Virus record (IMG/VR): IMGVR_UViG_3300012984_000011
Direction: 5' to 3' (one strand)
From: an uncultured virus (IMG/VR IMGVR_UViG_3300012984_000011)
Taxonomy: Duplodnaviria > Heunggongvirae > Uroviricota > Caudoviricetes
DNA: 64,000 bases
In this document: in pieces, positions 8,086 to 18,235 of the stretch
Layout of the letters: each line of letters starts with the position of its first letter
Numbering within the stretch: the stretch's first letter is position 1
Made by a program: the position numbers and the translations under genes
The notes under the pieces: model-generated
Told to the model about the DNA's origin: nothing
Databases searched by the model: none
Seen by the model: the letters and a program-made list of their open reading frames with translations, nothing else

Positions 8086-8295
8086 ATGATCCAACCTATG
8101 GCCGTCATACTAGCCATGACCACCCCCGAATCCCCCGTCATCCAGGCTGTTGAGTATGTGAGACCTTACTCTGGCGCCACATGCCATCAGGTTGAGATTC
8201 AGATAGGCCCCCATCGTTTCGTCCATACGGACGGAGAGATGACCAAAGAGAGGGCGGACCAGATCGTCAAAGAGCTTCAGGGAACGGAGTCGTGA
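8086..8295 (+). CDS. hypothetical protein
   Basis: abuts upstream stop. Confidence 0.6.
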   Translation: MIQPMAVILAMTTPESPVIQAVEYVRPYSGATCHQVEIQIGPHRFVHTDGEMTKERADQIVKELQGTES

Positions 8296-8630
8296 TGCCC
8301 ACCTATACCTTTACACGTCCTGGTCATGTTGGGGGTTGGATCCTCCAAGCGGATTCGGATCGAATAGCCATCCAGCAAATCTTGCTTGAAGCTCCTGATA
8401 CAGAGACGATTCTGACCGAAGGCAGGGTTATTTGGCCCGTCCTCAAATCGCTTTTTGACGCAAATGAACGTTACACGTATGAGGCCAATCAGTTGACCCG
8501 TGAAACGGTGGAGCAGCTTAAACCCTTGTTGGAGCGTTGGCTCGCCACCCACCGTTCCCGTGAGGTCGAATATGTGGTGCAGCAGATCGTCGCTGATCTG
8601 GTGATGTCACATCGAATTGGTAAAGGTTGA
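8292..8630 (+). CDS. hypothetical protein sharing a domain with 17109..17456
   Basis: Y.(F/Y).RPG..GW...A.SD..AI...EG.VIW. Confidence 0.7.
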   Translation: MMPTYTFTRPGHVGGWILQADSDRIAIQQILLEAPDTETILTEGRVIWPVLKSLFDANERYTYEANQLTRETVEQLKPLLERWLATHRSREVEYVVQQIVADLVMSHRIGKG

Positions 8631-9004
8631 TGCCTAGATTTGACTTCTCTAAAGCGATCCTAACCCGTCCTGGGGAGGACCTGATTGACACCGTTCAACG
8701 AGCTAGAAAGCAAATGACTACCGCCCGAGAATTGGTCTACACCCTATTGGTTCGATACCGCAACACTACTGATCTCAAGCCACAGGCGGGCAAATCTGAT
8801 GAAGATCAGTGTGTTGAGTTATGTTGTCAGCTGATTGAGGCTGACAGGCTGGCGGTCAGGCAGGCGTTGTTGGACGAGATCTACACTAATGCGGATCGCA
8901 TCTTTGCTGGAAATCGTCACACCAGCCTGGGGATGGCCGTCACCGAGGCGGTATGTAGGCATTACGCTCCTGGGCCGGTTGAGACGTCCAATGAGGACGT
9001 ATGA
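8627..9004 (+). CDS. hypothetical protein
   Basis: overlapping start/stop. Confidence 0.65.
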   Translation: MMPRFDFSKAILTRPGEDLIDTVQRARKQMTTARELVYTLLVRYRNTTDLKPQAGKSDEDQCVELCCQLIEADRLAVRQALLDEIYTNADRIFAGNRHTSLGMAVTEAVCRHYAPGPVETSNEDV

Positions 9005-9205
9005 CGATGAAGAAGAGTGATGGGGTAAAGGTTCGCCCGACCATCAAGCTGAAGGGCCCCAAACCGCCCGCTCGATTGGTTCGGCAAATCGTTCGATCCA
9101 GCGATGTTGGAAGAATATTGCGCTCGTCCCAGCCGATTGGCGGAAGACGAGACCCCTCTAAGGATTGAGGCTTAATTTATAGGTCTGAGGATCCGTTCTA
9201 CCTGC

Positions 9206-9457
9206 ATGACCAAATCTGAGTCTCGCACCTGGTATGCACAACGACGGCTGGCCATCCAGCAAGCGAACGTGCTGTCCTTGTCTAAGCAGCAACAGCATCG
9301 GGCCATCAAAGACCCACTTCATGGGCAGCTCTGGGTGTTGCTTAATGCTGTCACCCGTCGGATCGTCGATAGTGAAGGGATGCCGCTCGATAGCCTGTGT
9401 CCATGTGGATCTCCACATCAAGACCCTACTAAGCCTTGCCAGCTTGAGCGTACCTGA
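9206..9457 (+). CDS. hypothetical protein (C-terminal CPCGS, SEC-C-like)
   Basis: class A motif at 9172 (+34). Confidence 0.65.
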   Translation: MTKSESRTWYAQRRLAIQQANVLSLSKQQQHRAIKDPLHGQLWVLLNAVTRRIVDSEGMPLDSLCPCGSPHQDPTKPCQLERT

Positions 9458-9612
9458 ATGACACACTATCGATGGCCCAAAGGTCGTCCCCAAGATGGCG
9501 TACCCTTGTTGAAGCTGCTGGGCCGATGGGGCGGATGGATCAACCCAAAGAAGCTCAAGGTGGTGGGCCGGCGGATGATCCGTCGAGTCGCTAGATTGCG
9601 GATCAAAGAGGA

Positions 9613-9795
9613 ATGATGAAGATCGAAATTTTCAGACGTGGGCCGGCATATCCATACATGGCCCTCTACCGCGATCAGGACAACACACCTCTTTACATGA
9701 GTCATCCCGACTTGGAGGAGCTCAAGAGGAGGGTCACGACCAGTTTGGCTCCCCTAGAGGCCGAATTTACCGTTGAAGAGTGTAACGAAGCGTGA
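9613..9795 (+). CDS. hypothetical protein
   Basis: 60-aa ORF, GAGG upstream. Confidence 0.55.
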   Translation: MMKIEIFRRGPAYPYMALYRDQDNTPLYMSHPDLEELKRRVTTSLAPLEAEFTVEECNEA

Positions 9796-9878
9796 AAACG
9801 GTCCAAGAAGGGTGAGGTATTGATGGAACTGACGGTTGGTCAGGCTTAACAATCGGCCAGCTTGTCCGTTATATCAGC

Positions 9879-10046
9879 ATGGCAAACCGCAATACTGAAC
9901 TACGCAATCAAGAGCTGGCCCGTATCGATCAAGCGCTCGAACGGGGTGAACTGACCCCCTACGAGGCTCGCCAGCAGGAAGCCGCCTGTGAGGCACAATT
10001 TCCATACCTGGACGGCGAAACCTCTTACCAAATCCCACAATCATGA
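9879..10046 (+). CDS. hypothetical protein (55 aa; not in ORF track)
   Basis: class A motif at 9846 (+33); ends in ATGA overlap. Confidence 0.7.
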   Translation: MANRNTELRNQELARIDQALERGELTPYEARQQEAACEAQFPYLDGETSYQIPQS

Positions 10047-10546
10047 CCCCTCACCTGTTAGACGCCCTCATCGCTTTCCGAACCGCTTCACACAACCTTT
10101 GTGCCGCATGGGAAACTGCCAGGCAGGTAGAAGAGGGGCCGGACCCGCTTGAGCAAGCTTACCCCTTCCAGGGTGCCTTCTTTGACGTCTGTTGTGCGAT
10201 CGACGCTTGGATCGATCGTGCCAAGTGGGGGGCCGATAGGCCACCCCTCGATATCCTACGAGCCATCAAACAAGGTCGCTACAAGATTCAACTGGCCTAT
10301 CCTCCACACCCTCTACCTAGCGACTCTCAAGAGGTCAAGGATGAATGGCGACGTCAAAAGATAGCCTATCAGATTGAGGACAGTCGTCTGACCGATCTGT
10401 TCAAGCGAGATGCTTTTGAGGCGGTGGGACTGACCGATCATCCCAAAGCCAATCTGGCCTACCGGATGGCCTGGGAGAACGGCCATAAGGAGGGTCTGGA
10501 GGGGATATTTGACCATTTGGAACGTTTTGCCCAGATGGTCAAATGA
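10043..10546 (+). CDS. hypothetical protein
   Basis: C-domain similar to 6324..6605. Confidence 0.75.
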   Translation: MTPHLLDALIAFRTASHNLCAAWETARQVEEGPDPLEQAYPFQGAFFDVCCAIDAWIDRAKWGADRPPLDILRAIKQGRYKIQLAYPPHPLPSDSQEVKDEWRRQKIAYQIEDSRLTDLFKRDAFEAVGLTDHPKANLAYRMAWENGHKEGLEGIFDHLERFAQMVK

Positions 10547-10584
10547 AGGGTTAACTTCTCAACCCCGCATCCGTTCTAGCCTAC

Positions 10585-10884
10585 ATGAACCAAATGACCG
10601 TCATCGAGCACGTGGAAATCAACCAAGCTAGCCTTTCGCTCTCCTTCTGTGATGGGATGCCGCATCTGTCTTGCATCCGTCTCACCCCCGAGGGGCAGTT
10701 GGATCACGATGTTGAGCTGGTGGTGTTGGATATCCCAGACGTCAAGGTGGCGGCTCAATGCTATGTCGAGTTGGAGGCTCAACTGAAGGCGGCCGACCAA
10801 TACGGCTATCGGGCCAAATCGAGGCTCCTCAAGAGCACGATCCGTGATTACTTCCGCCGAGCTGGTCTGCCTATTCCTTGCTAG
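10585..10884 (+). CDS. hypothetical protein
   Basis: class A motif at 10551 (+34). Confidence 0.75.
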   Translation: MNQMTVIEHVEINQASLSLSFCDGMPHLSCIRLTPEGQLDHDVELVVLDIPDVKVAAQCYVELEAQLKAADQYGYRAKSRLLKSTIRDYFRRAGLPIPC

Positions 10885-10893
10885 AGTGTCTTC

Positions 10894-11331
10894 ATGGGTG
10901 TGATCAATTACGTCTTTCACCATCCGACTCGAACGATGGTGTGTTTGGAAAAAGGTCCATGGGCCAGGGTTGACTACAACCTACCCCTTCTGGAGCTAGT
11001 CGATTTGGCGTTAGAGGAATGGGGGATGAGTTGGCCCGATCCTAGGGATCAAATCCTCTACTGTTGCTGGATTTGCGGCTGCACACAACACTTTTTGAGG
11101 ACAGGCCGCTGGGAAGCCGAACCCTCTACAGGGCCTCTGGCGGGCGACCTGTTGACCGATCATCATGAGCAATATGGCCGTCGTCTGTGGCCTCAGCATT
11201 CCGACACACCTGAAGCCCTCCCCTATCGTGAAGTTGGTGATGAACCTCGCACGCCTGACTATGAGGCGGAGGTGTTGAGGATGCTCAGCCGAGAAGACTT
11301 GGATCTGTTGATCGCCTGCTGGCTTCCCTAG
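10894..11331 (+). CDS. hypothetical protein
   Basis: 145-aa ORF in gene string. Confidence 0.65.
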   Translation: MGVINYVFHHPTRTMVCLEKGPWARVDYNLPLLELVDLALEEWGMSWPDPRDQILYCCWICGCTQHFLRTGRWEAEPSTGPLAGDLLTDHHEQYGRRLWPQHSDTPEALPYREVGDEPRTPDYEAEVLRMLSREDLDLLIACWLP

Positions 11332-11353
11332 CCAGGGTGGTGTAAAGAACAGG

Positions 11354-12040
11354 GTGAAAACCATCCCCCTGTTGGGCCAGCAGTTTGGATCTATGAAAAT
11401 CCGGCCCTCACAGCACAGTGCATTGTCATCGACTAACGGAAGTTCGTTCACACTGTGGGAAGACGATCAAGGTAATCTTTGGCTACCTTGGTTGGGCATC
11501 AAAGGAAATTGTTGGCCAGCCGAACCGGCCTCAGGGCGGGTGCGGGTTGCCCATTTTAAAATCCAGCCTCCTCAAGGGATTTGGTCCAATGACCCCAAAC
11601 CTGCCCCTTCAGTGTTGTTGGTGGAACCGGCCTCGTTGAACCCCATACGGATGATCTGTAGTTTAGGGTATGGGCCGTCAGACGCCAGCTTCCTTCAACA
11701 AGCTAAAATCCAACTGACCACTGTCTTGGAGGTGACACTTGTCGAGCAATTTCGACTCATCGGCCCCTCTGATGACAATTTTGAGCCATCCGCTCAGGAG
11801 CTGGATGAGACAGACTGTTGGGACGTGATCACCCGATGGTGTCAGCAGGGTGGGAACAATCTCGATACCACCTATCGAACCATGCGTTTCTCGGTCGAAC
11901 GGTCGGATGAGGGAGACGAGTGGATCCCTACCTTGTGTGCCTTCAAGGGAGATAGGGTCATTTGTGGCTTCAATAGCTCTGATCGCCTGACTGCTTTGAG
12001 GTTTGCGGCCGAGTGGTGTGCAGAGGAATTGAAGAAATGA
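11354..12040 (+). CDS. hypothetical protein
   Basis: class B motif at 11339 (+15). Confidence 0.7.
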   Translation: MKTIPLLGQQFGSMKIRPSQHSALSSTNGSSFTLWEDDQGNLWLPWLGIKGNCWPAEPASGRVRVAHFKIQPPQGIWSNDPKPAPSVLLVEPASLNPIRMICSLGYGPSDASFLQQAKIQLTTVLEVTLVEQFRLIGPSDDNFEPSAQELDETDCWDVITRWCQQGGNNLDTTYRTMRFSVERSDEGDEWIPTLCAFKGDRVICGFNSSDRLTALRFAAEWCAEELKK

Positions 12041-12291
12041 CAACCTATCATCTTCGAACCGACGGCACTAAAGATGGTTCTTGGTGTGAGGATGTGTGGA
12101 TTCACGATAGGGTGATTTGGCCCAATCAACCCGTCTTCTACCCTCATCAGTATTGTACCGAATGTCTGCAGATTTGGGACCAGGTCCACCCGACACGGCC
12201 TCTGCTTGAGATATTGCAGCCATGTCGGGCAACGGTGTCGGTTCAGAGCCACGTTCCAGCTAACCACTGCTGCAAATCAGCTGGTGTATAG
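12037..12291 (+). CDS. hypothetical protein
   Basis: ATGA overlap. Confidence 0.6.
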   Translation: MTTYHLRTDGTKDGSWCEDVWIHDRVIWPNQPVFYPHQYCTECLQIWDQVHPTRPLLEILQPCRATVSVQSHVPANHCCKSAGV

Positions 12292-12297
12292 CTGGCG

Positions 12298-12579
12298 ATG
12301 CGGCTCCTAGAGGTCTCGTGTTTGCAGCTTGGTCCCAAGGGTGGGCTGTACAGATGTAGTTATGACGTTGGTACCTACTATGTGACCATCACTCAGTACA
12401 TGGGAATGACTTGCTTCTGTGGTGGGGATCGTTACAGCCGTGCCACCTTTGAGGCGACCGATTCAGCTGCTGAGCAGCGAGCCCTGTTCAAAGAGACCAT
12501 CGATGAGGCTCTCAAGTTGGAGTTAGGTCAAACCCGTTGGACCGATTGCCGGTTCGACGACTTGATGTCAGAGGTTTGA
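12298..12579 (+). CDS. hypothetical protein
   Basis: class B motif at 12283 (+15). Confidence 0.7.
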   Translation: MRLLEVSCLQLGPKGGLYRCSYDVGTYYVTITQYMGMTCFCGGDRYSRATFEATDSAAEQRALFKETIDEALKLELGQTRWTDCRFDDLMSEV

Positions 12580-13370
12580 TGACTGAGGATCGTCAATGGA
12601 TCGCTTGCTCGGTCCAGCGGCCTAAAGAAGGCCAGGCGGTTTGGCTCACCTTCTACGGCATCAGCCAAGCAGGTTGCTGGCGTCAAGGAGCTTTCTATGC
12701 TGATGCGGAATCCAAACAGCCCATCCCTGCAGTTACCCATTGGATGCCTAGAATGATAGAACCCACGTCAGACATTTCGGCAACCGAACAACAGCTTCGG
12801 CACCTCAAAGCCGAACAGGTCCGTCTAGCTCGCTCTATTTCGCTGGTTGGGAGAGCCGTCAAGGTTACCGAGCAACGGTTGGAGCGTCTCAAGGCTGGGC
12901 AACCCGCCGATCTCCCTCCTGATGAACGGATGGTGGGATATGAGGCTGCCTTGCAAGACGTGCTTAGTCTCTACCGATCCAGCCTAGAGATAGGTTGGGA
13001 AAAGATATTGCCTGACCTGGATAGCTTGCGAACCAGTTATCGGAACAGCAGGCCGATCATTCAGCCTACTTCGATTGAAGATGGCTTGCATGTGCTGGGC
13101 GATTGTTATCAACGGGTGGATGGCAGCTATTTTGCCGAAAGTCCTCTAAATAGTGGCGTCTTCAGATCTCAGGCTAGAACTTGGCGAGCCTGTCAGAAAG
13201 AGATGCCTCAAGCAGGTCAGGCGGTTTGGTTCATCAACCTTGAGGTCACCTATGCGGGATGGTGGCGTGACGGTAACTTCTGGACTGATGACTATTACCT
13301 GACCGATGTGACGCATTGGATGCCAAGGGTGGTCGACCCGACCCCCACACCTCCAGCCAGGCAGGATTGA
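12579..13370 (+). CDS. protein with two DUF551-like domains flanking a coiled coil
   Basis: W.AC...P..GQAVW...VTHWMPR present twice. Confidence 0.75.
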   Translation: MTEDRQWIACSVQRPKEGQAVWLTFYGISQAGCWRQGAFYADAESKQPIPAVTHWMPRMIEPTSDISATEQQLRHLKAEQVRLARSISLVGRAVKVTEQRLERLKAGQPADLPPDERMVGYEAALQDVLSLYRSSLEIGWEKILPDLDSLRTSYRNSRPIIQPTSIEDGLHVLGDCYQRVDGSYFAESPLNSGVFRSQARTWRACQKEMPQAGQAVWFINLEVTYAGWWRDGNFWTDDYYLTDVTHWMPRVVDPTPTPPARQD

Positions 13371-13618
13371 TGCAAGCCAGGGACCGATCCGAACAGTTGC
13401 TTGATAGGCGGATAGCAGGTATGCTCAAGGCATATTCGCTCCAGCAAGTGACCGAGAGTTTGCGTCGGGTGTTGGGCCGACAGATCGAACAGGAGACCAA
13501 TCAGTCGCCAGCTTGGCATCTCCGGCGAGCCCTCAACATTATCGAGCAGGCGGATCGAGCCTTGTTTGGCCAGCATTGTGGCGATACGCCTCATAAGCCT
13601 AAACATCCCAGCCGTTGA
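13370..13618 (+). CDS. hypothetical protein
   Basis: TGATG overlap. Confidence 0.6.
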   Translation: MQARDRSEQLLDRRIAGMLKAYSLQQVTESLRRVLGRQIEQETNQSPAWHLRRALNIIEQADRALFGQHCGDTPHKPKHPSR

Positions 13619-13634
13619 GCCGTAGGGAATTGGG

Positions 13635-13877
13635 ATGACCGATAAACCTCAAAAACGCCCACTGACGACGGGATTACATTCCAGTTTGAACGCCAGATTG
13701 ACTGAAGTGGCGATGTCCAAAGGTACAGATCTATTGACTAGACTGCGGATGAAGCGGATCATCTGGTTGGAAGAAGCGGCTGTGTTGGAGCGAACGGCCC
13801 GTACCTATGAACGAGCGGCCGATGATCTGACCCAACAGATCGCCAGGATTGAAGCCAAAGAGGCCAAGCAGCTCTAA
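13635..13877 (+). CDS. coiled-coil hypothetical protein
   Basis: variant class A motif near 13600. Confidence 0.65.
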   Translation: MTDKPQKRPLTTGLHSSLNARLTEVAMSKGTDLLTRLRMKRIIWLEEAAVLERTARTYERAADDLTQQIARIEAKEAKQL

Positions 13878-13910
13878 TCTTCTGGTCTGATGGGCCGTTA
13901 GGTTGATGAG

Positions 13911-14081
13911 ATGCCCAGATTGCAGTTTCTGCTCCCTTATCTGTTCGAACTGTTGATGGGGGTAAATCTATTGCTCACCACGGTGGCGGCAATCCACCAC
14001 ACCTACGATCAAACCATACTCCACCTACTGCTTTTCTTTCTAGGAATGTTGGGACAGTGGACTTCAAGACTAGAGATTTGA
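13911..14081 (+). CDS. small membrane protein
   Basis: hydrophobic 56-aa ORF; TGATG overlap with next gene. Confidence 0.5.
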   Translation: MPRLQFLLPYLFELLMGVNLLLTTVAAIHHTYDQTILHLLLFFLGMLGQWTSRLEI

Positions 14082-14716
14082 TGCCATCATTACTACACAC
14101 CATATTGGGCGAAGGTATCCTCTCTTGGCACCCAAGTGAACGACGCTCCAAGCGATATGGTTCCATCAATCTGAGTGATTCGAATTTCAATGAGGATGCA
14201 AAAGCGGAGTTTTGGCTCAATCAAGAAGGGCTGGGACAGCTTCAGGGGAAGCGAGTTCGCCTCTGGTGCATCGTGTTGGAGGAACGCACCTCCGGACACA
14301 TGGGAGACCTGAATCTGGGGCTCCGCCCCATCAGAGCGAATCGCCATGAGATGATTCAGCTGGGAGTCGGGATATTGACTCTTGATTGTAACCCGATTGG
14401 AACCTCTATCGGGCTTCATCCGTCAGATGGTCGACAACACTTTTGGCTGGATCCTCGCAAGCTGTATCGCCTTCATGACCAGACGGTTCAGCTTCAGTGC
14501 ATTGAAACCGATCAGCCGGACCATGTGGTGGAACCGTTCCAGACTACCGGCCAGACGATCGATTTTGGGAATGATGGTCAAAAATCCTATTTTCAGCTCA
14601 GTGGAGATGAATGGTCTGACCCCAACATTGTTGGGATTGAACTCGAACCGAAGATCGAGGAGGTGGAAGGTGGTTTCCTCGTCTCCAGAACGGCAGTTCC
14701 TATTCGCCGTCCTTAG
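14081..14716 (+). CDS. hypothetical protein
   Basis: about 211-aa ORF. Confidence 0.75.
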   Translation: MPSLLHTILGEGILSWHPSERRSKRYGSINLSDSNFNEDAKAEFWLNQEGLGQLQGKRVRLWCIVLEERTSGHMGDLNLGLRPIRANRHEMIQLGVGILTLDCNPIGTSIGLHPSDGRQHFWLDPRKLYRLHDQTVQLQCIETDQPDHVVEPFQTTGQTIDFGNDGQKSYFQLSGDEWSDPNIVGIELEPKIEEVEGGFLVSRTAVPIRRP

Positions 14717-14859
14717 CTTCTGTCTGCTCGGTTGTAGCACCCATCTGAGGCCCGCACGGTCGACCCATCCTCTCGTCTGTCAGTCATCCTGTGGGTCAGG
14801 TTATCATTGTCTGAACCACAAATGTGCTCCCTATGTCTACTACTTGATTCGTTGAAATT

Positions 14860-15240
14860 GTGAAAATGCCCTGGAAAATCAAACCCTCGACCAACATTCA
14901 ACATTCTGCTGACCCTCAACTGACCATGTGGGACCCCACTGTGGGGGTTCATCTGCAGACTCATCTTGAATCGGGTGTGATCGATCTCTGGATCGGCGGC
15001 CCCACTCCCCAACTGGCCACCATCTGGATCAGCATCGATAGTGAGCGGATCCCAGTTTGCCGCAGTGAACCGACCGGTCAGGTGCCGACCAACCGAGACA
15101 GGATGGTGATCAGCACCGTGTTGCGGAGCTTGGGACAAGACCCTCAGAAGCTACTTGGACGACAGATGGTGGAGAAACGTCGCTTCTCCAAGCCCAGGCC
15201 GAAAGTGCGGCCTGGTATCCGGCTGATGGGAGATCGCTGA
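14860..15240 (+). CDS. hypothetical protein
   Basis: 126-aa ORF. Confidence 0.6.
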   Translation: MKMPWKIKPSTNIQHSADPQLTMWDPTVGVHLQTHLESGVIDLWIGGPTPQLATIWISIDSERIPVCRSEPTGQVPTNRDRMVISTVLRSLGQDPQKLLGRQMVEKRRFSKPRPKVRPGIRLMGDR

Positions 15241-15250
15241 GAGGATTAAG

Positions 15251-15658
15251 ATGCCGCCCGAAGCTGAAGAGCCTCCACAGTATCCGCAATTCCCGCATGA
15301 TTCCGAATGCGAAGCAGTGATTGTGGACACAATCTATGAGCAAATGGTTCTAGCGTATCTTTACACGGTTGAAGGGCGTAAAAAATTGATTGATTCGTTG
15401 GTCGGTGCTCGCAACGACAATCTGACTACTGGATTCCCCAATTGTTTGGGATGTAGGGCTCGTTTCTGCAGTACTTGGATGAGGGTTTTTACGCTGATGG
15501 GGCCGGCAGAATGGGACCCATCAGCGGGAGACCTATATAGGCTGTTGAAGGCCAGCATGGCTGAATGGGAGGACCTCAGGATCCCTAAACCTGTAGTAGA
15601 ACCTGTCCAACGTCCAGAGTTCGTAGAACATCTGTTGCAGGATCCGTTCAAGTCTTAG
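15251..15658 (+). CDS. hypothetical protein
   Basis: GAGGA upstream; 135 aa. Confidence 0.7.
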   Translation: MPPEAEEPPQYPQFPHDSECEAVIVDTIYEQMVLAYLYTVEGRKKLIDSLVGARNDNLTTGFPNCLGCRARFCSTWMRVFTLMGPAEWDPSAGDLYRLLKASMAEWEDLRIPKPVVEPVQRPEFVEHLLQDPFKS

Positions 15659-16332
15659 CTCTCCAGTAGGAGTTGCCAGCTGGATGTTCGCTGGATGGTG
15701 GGGGTCAGTTTGAGACGTAGCTCGATCTCCAACTGAATCAAACACAGTCTTCTGACATGCCCCATGTGAAGGATCGGCATACAGAGCAACTCCACCGTCG
15801 TCATGCGCTGCAATGCCGAACCATAGGTTCGATTGAACTCTTGTACCCAGGCCTTGTATTCGTCGTCGTCAATACCTCTAAATGGCGGACTGTGCTCAAC
15901 ATGCACCCTATCAGGCAATCCACACTTGCAATAGCCTGGCATCGGCGGCACGTTGGGCTTGACGATAGATTGCCGTTTTAGGTTCATCGCCATCGCCAGT
16001 TCTCTTTGCTGCTTGACTTCATGCAGCAAAGCTTCGAGCGTACCTTCTTTGACCCACCACTCGGGAGGCTGCTGGCCAAACTCGTTTGGGATCTGTTCGG
16101 CTCGCAAACAGCAGGTGTGAACGTTTTTGCCCAAATGGCCGTACAGGATCAGATAATCGTAGCCCTCCTCCATAGCAGCACGGATCCGATCTGCCGCCTC
16201 CTTGGGGGTCATCCCCATCGACCATGTGAGGGCCGAGCGTCCATCAATCCACTGATCGCCGAACAATTCTTCTGCCATGAACGGCAAAACGTCAATTCGT
16301 AGCACGGGGTTGACCCGTTCCCAGTAGATCAT
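15655..16332 (-). CDS. hypothetical protein
   Basis: start MIYWERV set by minus-strand class B motif at 16344-16349. Confidence 0.7.
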   Translation of the reverse strand: MIYWERVNPVLRIDVLPFMAEELFGDQWIDGRSALTWSMGMTPKEAADRIRAAMEEGYDYLILYGHLGKNVHTCCLRAEQIPNEFGQQPPEWWVKEGTLEALLHEVKQQRELAMAMNLKRQSIVKPNVPPMPGYCKCGLPDRVHVEHSPPFRGIDDDEYKAWVQEFNRTYGSALQRMTTVELLCMPILHMGHVRRLCLIQLEIELRLKLTPTIQRTSSWQLLLES

Positions 16333-16392
16333 CTGGCTTTCAGTACACCGATTGGTGTAGGGTGGGCCAACCGTCCCTAAAGGAGACAACGG

Positions 16393-17004
16393 ATGAAAAA
16401 TATGGTGAGATTGTTCGGTATGTTGCTTGCGTTGCTGGTTCTCAGCAGCACCACACAGGCGCAGGCGCTTCCCAGCTGGTGCTACGACTATACGTCCTAC
16501 GACAGCTTCAACGGCTGGGGTAATTGGGGTCTTTGGAATGTCTCGGTATCGGGTGTCACCAAGGTTGGCACCACTGGAAGCAACAAGAGCCCGCCTGGGG
16601 CAGTGTTGATGTCGTTTGCCGATAGAGAGTCGAATGGCAACTTTATGGCGCTTGACAGGTATTTCACGCTAGCAGGAGACGCTAACTCTCGTTACGATGC
16701 TTGCCGAGGCAGGACCTCCTCAGGTCCGTTTTCACAGCAATCCAGCAATGCCAAGTTCTGCAGTGCGGAGGTGTCGGTCCGTACCTCTCAAGGTGCACAC
16801 GTAGCGATCGTCTTGCTGGATCCAGATTACTTCATCATGTCGCAGAAAGAGATTGATCTGCCGAAATCCACCGCTTGGACTAGGATCTGGACTCCAGAGG
16901 TGTTGAATTGTAGGCAAGATGTGGTGGTTCGCCTTGCGTTGGTCAAGACCGCCACATCTGCGTCAGTCCAATTCGATGACTTTCGAATGGACTGGTGGTA
17001 CTGA
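16393..17004 (+). CDS. secreted protein, probable beta-sandwich/carbohydrate-binding-like fold
   Basis: Sec signal ...AQA; canonical AAGGAG SD; own terminator. Confidence 0.8.
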   Translation: MKNMVRLFGMLLALLVLSSTTQAQALPSWCYDYTSYDSFNGWGNWGLWNVSVSGVTKVGTTGSNKSPPGAVLMSFADRESNGNFMALDRYFTLAGDANSRYDACRGRTSSGPFSQQSSNAKFCSAEVSVRTSQGAHVAIVLLDPDYFIMSQKEIDLPKSTAWTRIWTPEVLNCRQDVVVRLALVKTATSASVQFDDFRMDWWY

Positions 17005-17031
17005 CGACGTTCTGAAGTTACGACCGTGACC

Positions 17032-17060
17032 AAGAGGCGCTCGAAAGGGCGCCTTTTTCT
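17032..17060 (+). terminator. Rho-independent terminator
   Basis: AGGCGCTC-gaaa-GGGCGCCT followed by T-run. Confidence 0.85.
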
Positions 17061-17108
17061 TTGGTGTATGGGTTAACGAGAGGTCCCTTCCGGCCGTCTA
17101 TTGTTGCA

Positions 17109-17456
17109 ATGAATCGAGAAGAACAAATTCACCAACTGGCCCGAGACATTTTCGTCCGTGTGTCGGTCACCTTGATTTCTGATCTGACCAATAGACACGA
17201 GCAGGCAGATCTGTACGCTGAACGGTCATACCGTTGGGCCAAAGCGTTCATGGAACAACATGTCGAGGAGGAAAGGTCCAAGGCTTTCCTCCGGAAGTAT
17301 CGGTATGCACGTCCTGGTCAGGGAGAAGGGTGGTTCGTCGAGGCCTATTCGGACAAAGATGCGATTTTTCGTGTCAATGAACAATGTGACGATGTAATCC
17401 ACATCATGAATCCCGAGGGCACGGTCATCTGGTCTCGTGCCCATTCAGAACCCTGA
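17109..17456 (+). CDS. hypothetical protein
   Basis: class A motif at 17073; C-domain shared with 8292. Confidence 0.75.
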   Translation: MNREEQIHQLARDIFVRVSVTLISDLTNRHEQADLYAERSYRWAKAFMEQHVEEERSKAFLRKYRYARPGQGEGWFVEAYSDKDAIFRVNEQCDDVIHIMNPEGTVIWSRAHSEP

Positions 17457-17710
17457 TGTCAAAACGCAAATCCCCCAAGCCTCCAATACCCACCAAGCCG
17501 TCCGCATCTTTGGGACAGGCTCAGAAGGCTCATTTTGATCGAATGACGCTAGATGAGCTGAAGGAAGCTAGGAGCTTCTCTATACGGCAAATGGATCAAT
17601 TGGGTACGTTGATTGCTGGAGGTGGGGTGTCGGGGCGGGATCGCTACGAGGATCACGAACGTCGAATTCAATACATCGACGATTTGCTTCGGGCCAAGAA
17701 GGCCAAATGA
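17456..17710 (+). CDS. hypothetical protein
   Basis: TGATG overlap. Confidence 0.65.
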   Translation: MSKRKSPKPPIPTKPSASLGQAQKAHFDRMTLDELKEARSFSIRQMDQLGTLIAGGGVSGRDRYEDHERRIQYIDDLLRAKKAK

Positions 17711-18216
17711 ACCGCTACCATTTCGATTGCACGGACGGGACGTTTTACGAGGCCGATTGTTGGAGTGAGTCTGAAGCTAGGATTCGATTTGCCCAGATCT
17801 GTGCCCGAGATAACGTGACCGGTAATTTGACATCAGTTGAACCCTCGCCAGACCATCTTCAATACCTGGTGTGTGAATGTGGTCACATCAAACAGCACCA
17901 CAGCCCTCAGCACGGCTTCTGTTTGATGGCGTTGGATATTGACCTGGAGTGTCCTTGCCTCAAATATCGCCCCAAAACCCCAACCAAAGGGCTGAATGTT
18001 CTTCATCTGTTGCCCCATAGTCCTGCTGTGCATGCGGGCATCCAGGTAGGGGATGTGGTGCTTCGAGTGGATGGACAGGACATAAATGGGCTGGAGGACT
18101 ACATCGCAGCTGTGCAGAATCGCCAACATTCGATGGTTTGCTTGATAGAGCGGGGTGGGAAACTGCTTACCTTTGAGGTACCGGCAGGCAGGTGGATCCC
18201 GTCTGAACCCAACTAG
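17707..18216 (+). CDS. PDZ domain-containing protein
   Basis: SPAVHAGIQVGDVVLRVDGQDI; N-terminal CxCGH...C..CPC. Confidence 0.8.
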   Translation: MNRYHFDCTDGTFYEADCWSESEARIRFAQICARDNVTGNLTSVEPSPDHLQYLVCECGHIKQHHSPQHGFCLMALDIDLECPCLKYRPKTPTKGLNVLHLLPHSPAVHAGIQVGDVVLRVDGQDINGLEDYIAAVQNRQHSMVCLIERGGKLLTFEVPAGRWIPSEPN

Positions 18217-18235
18217 GTCGGTGTAAGGTCTGATC

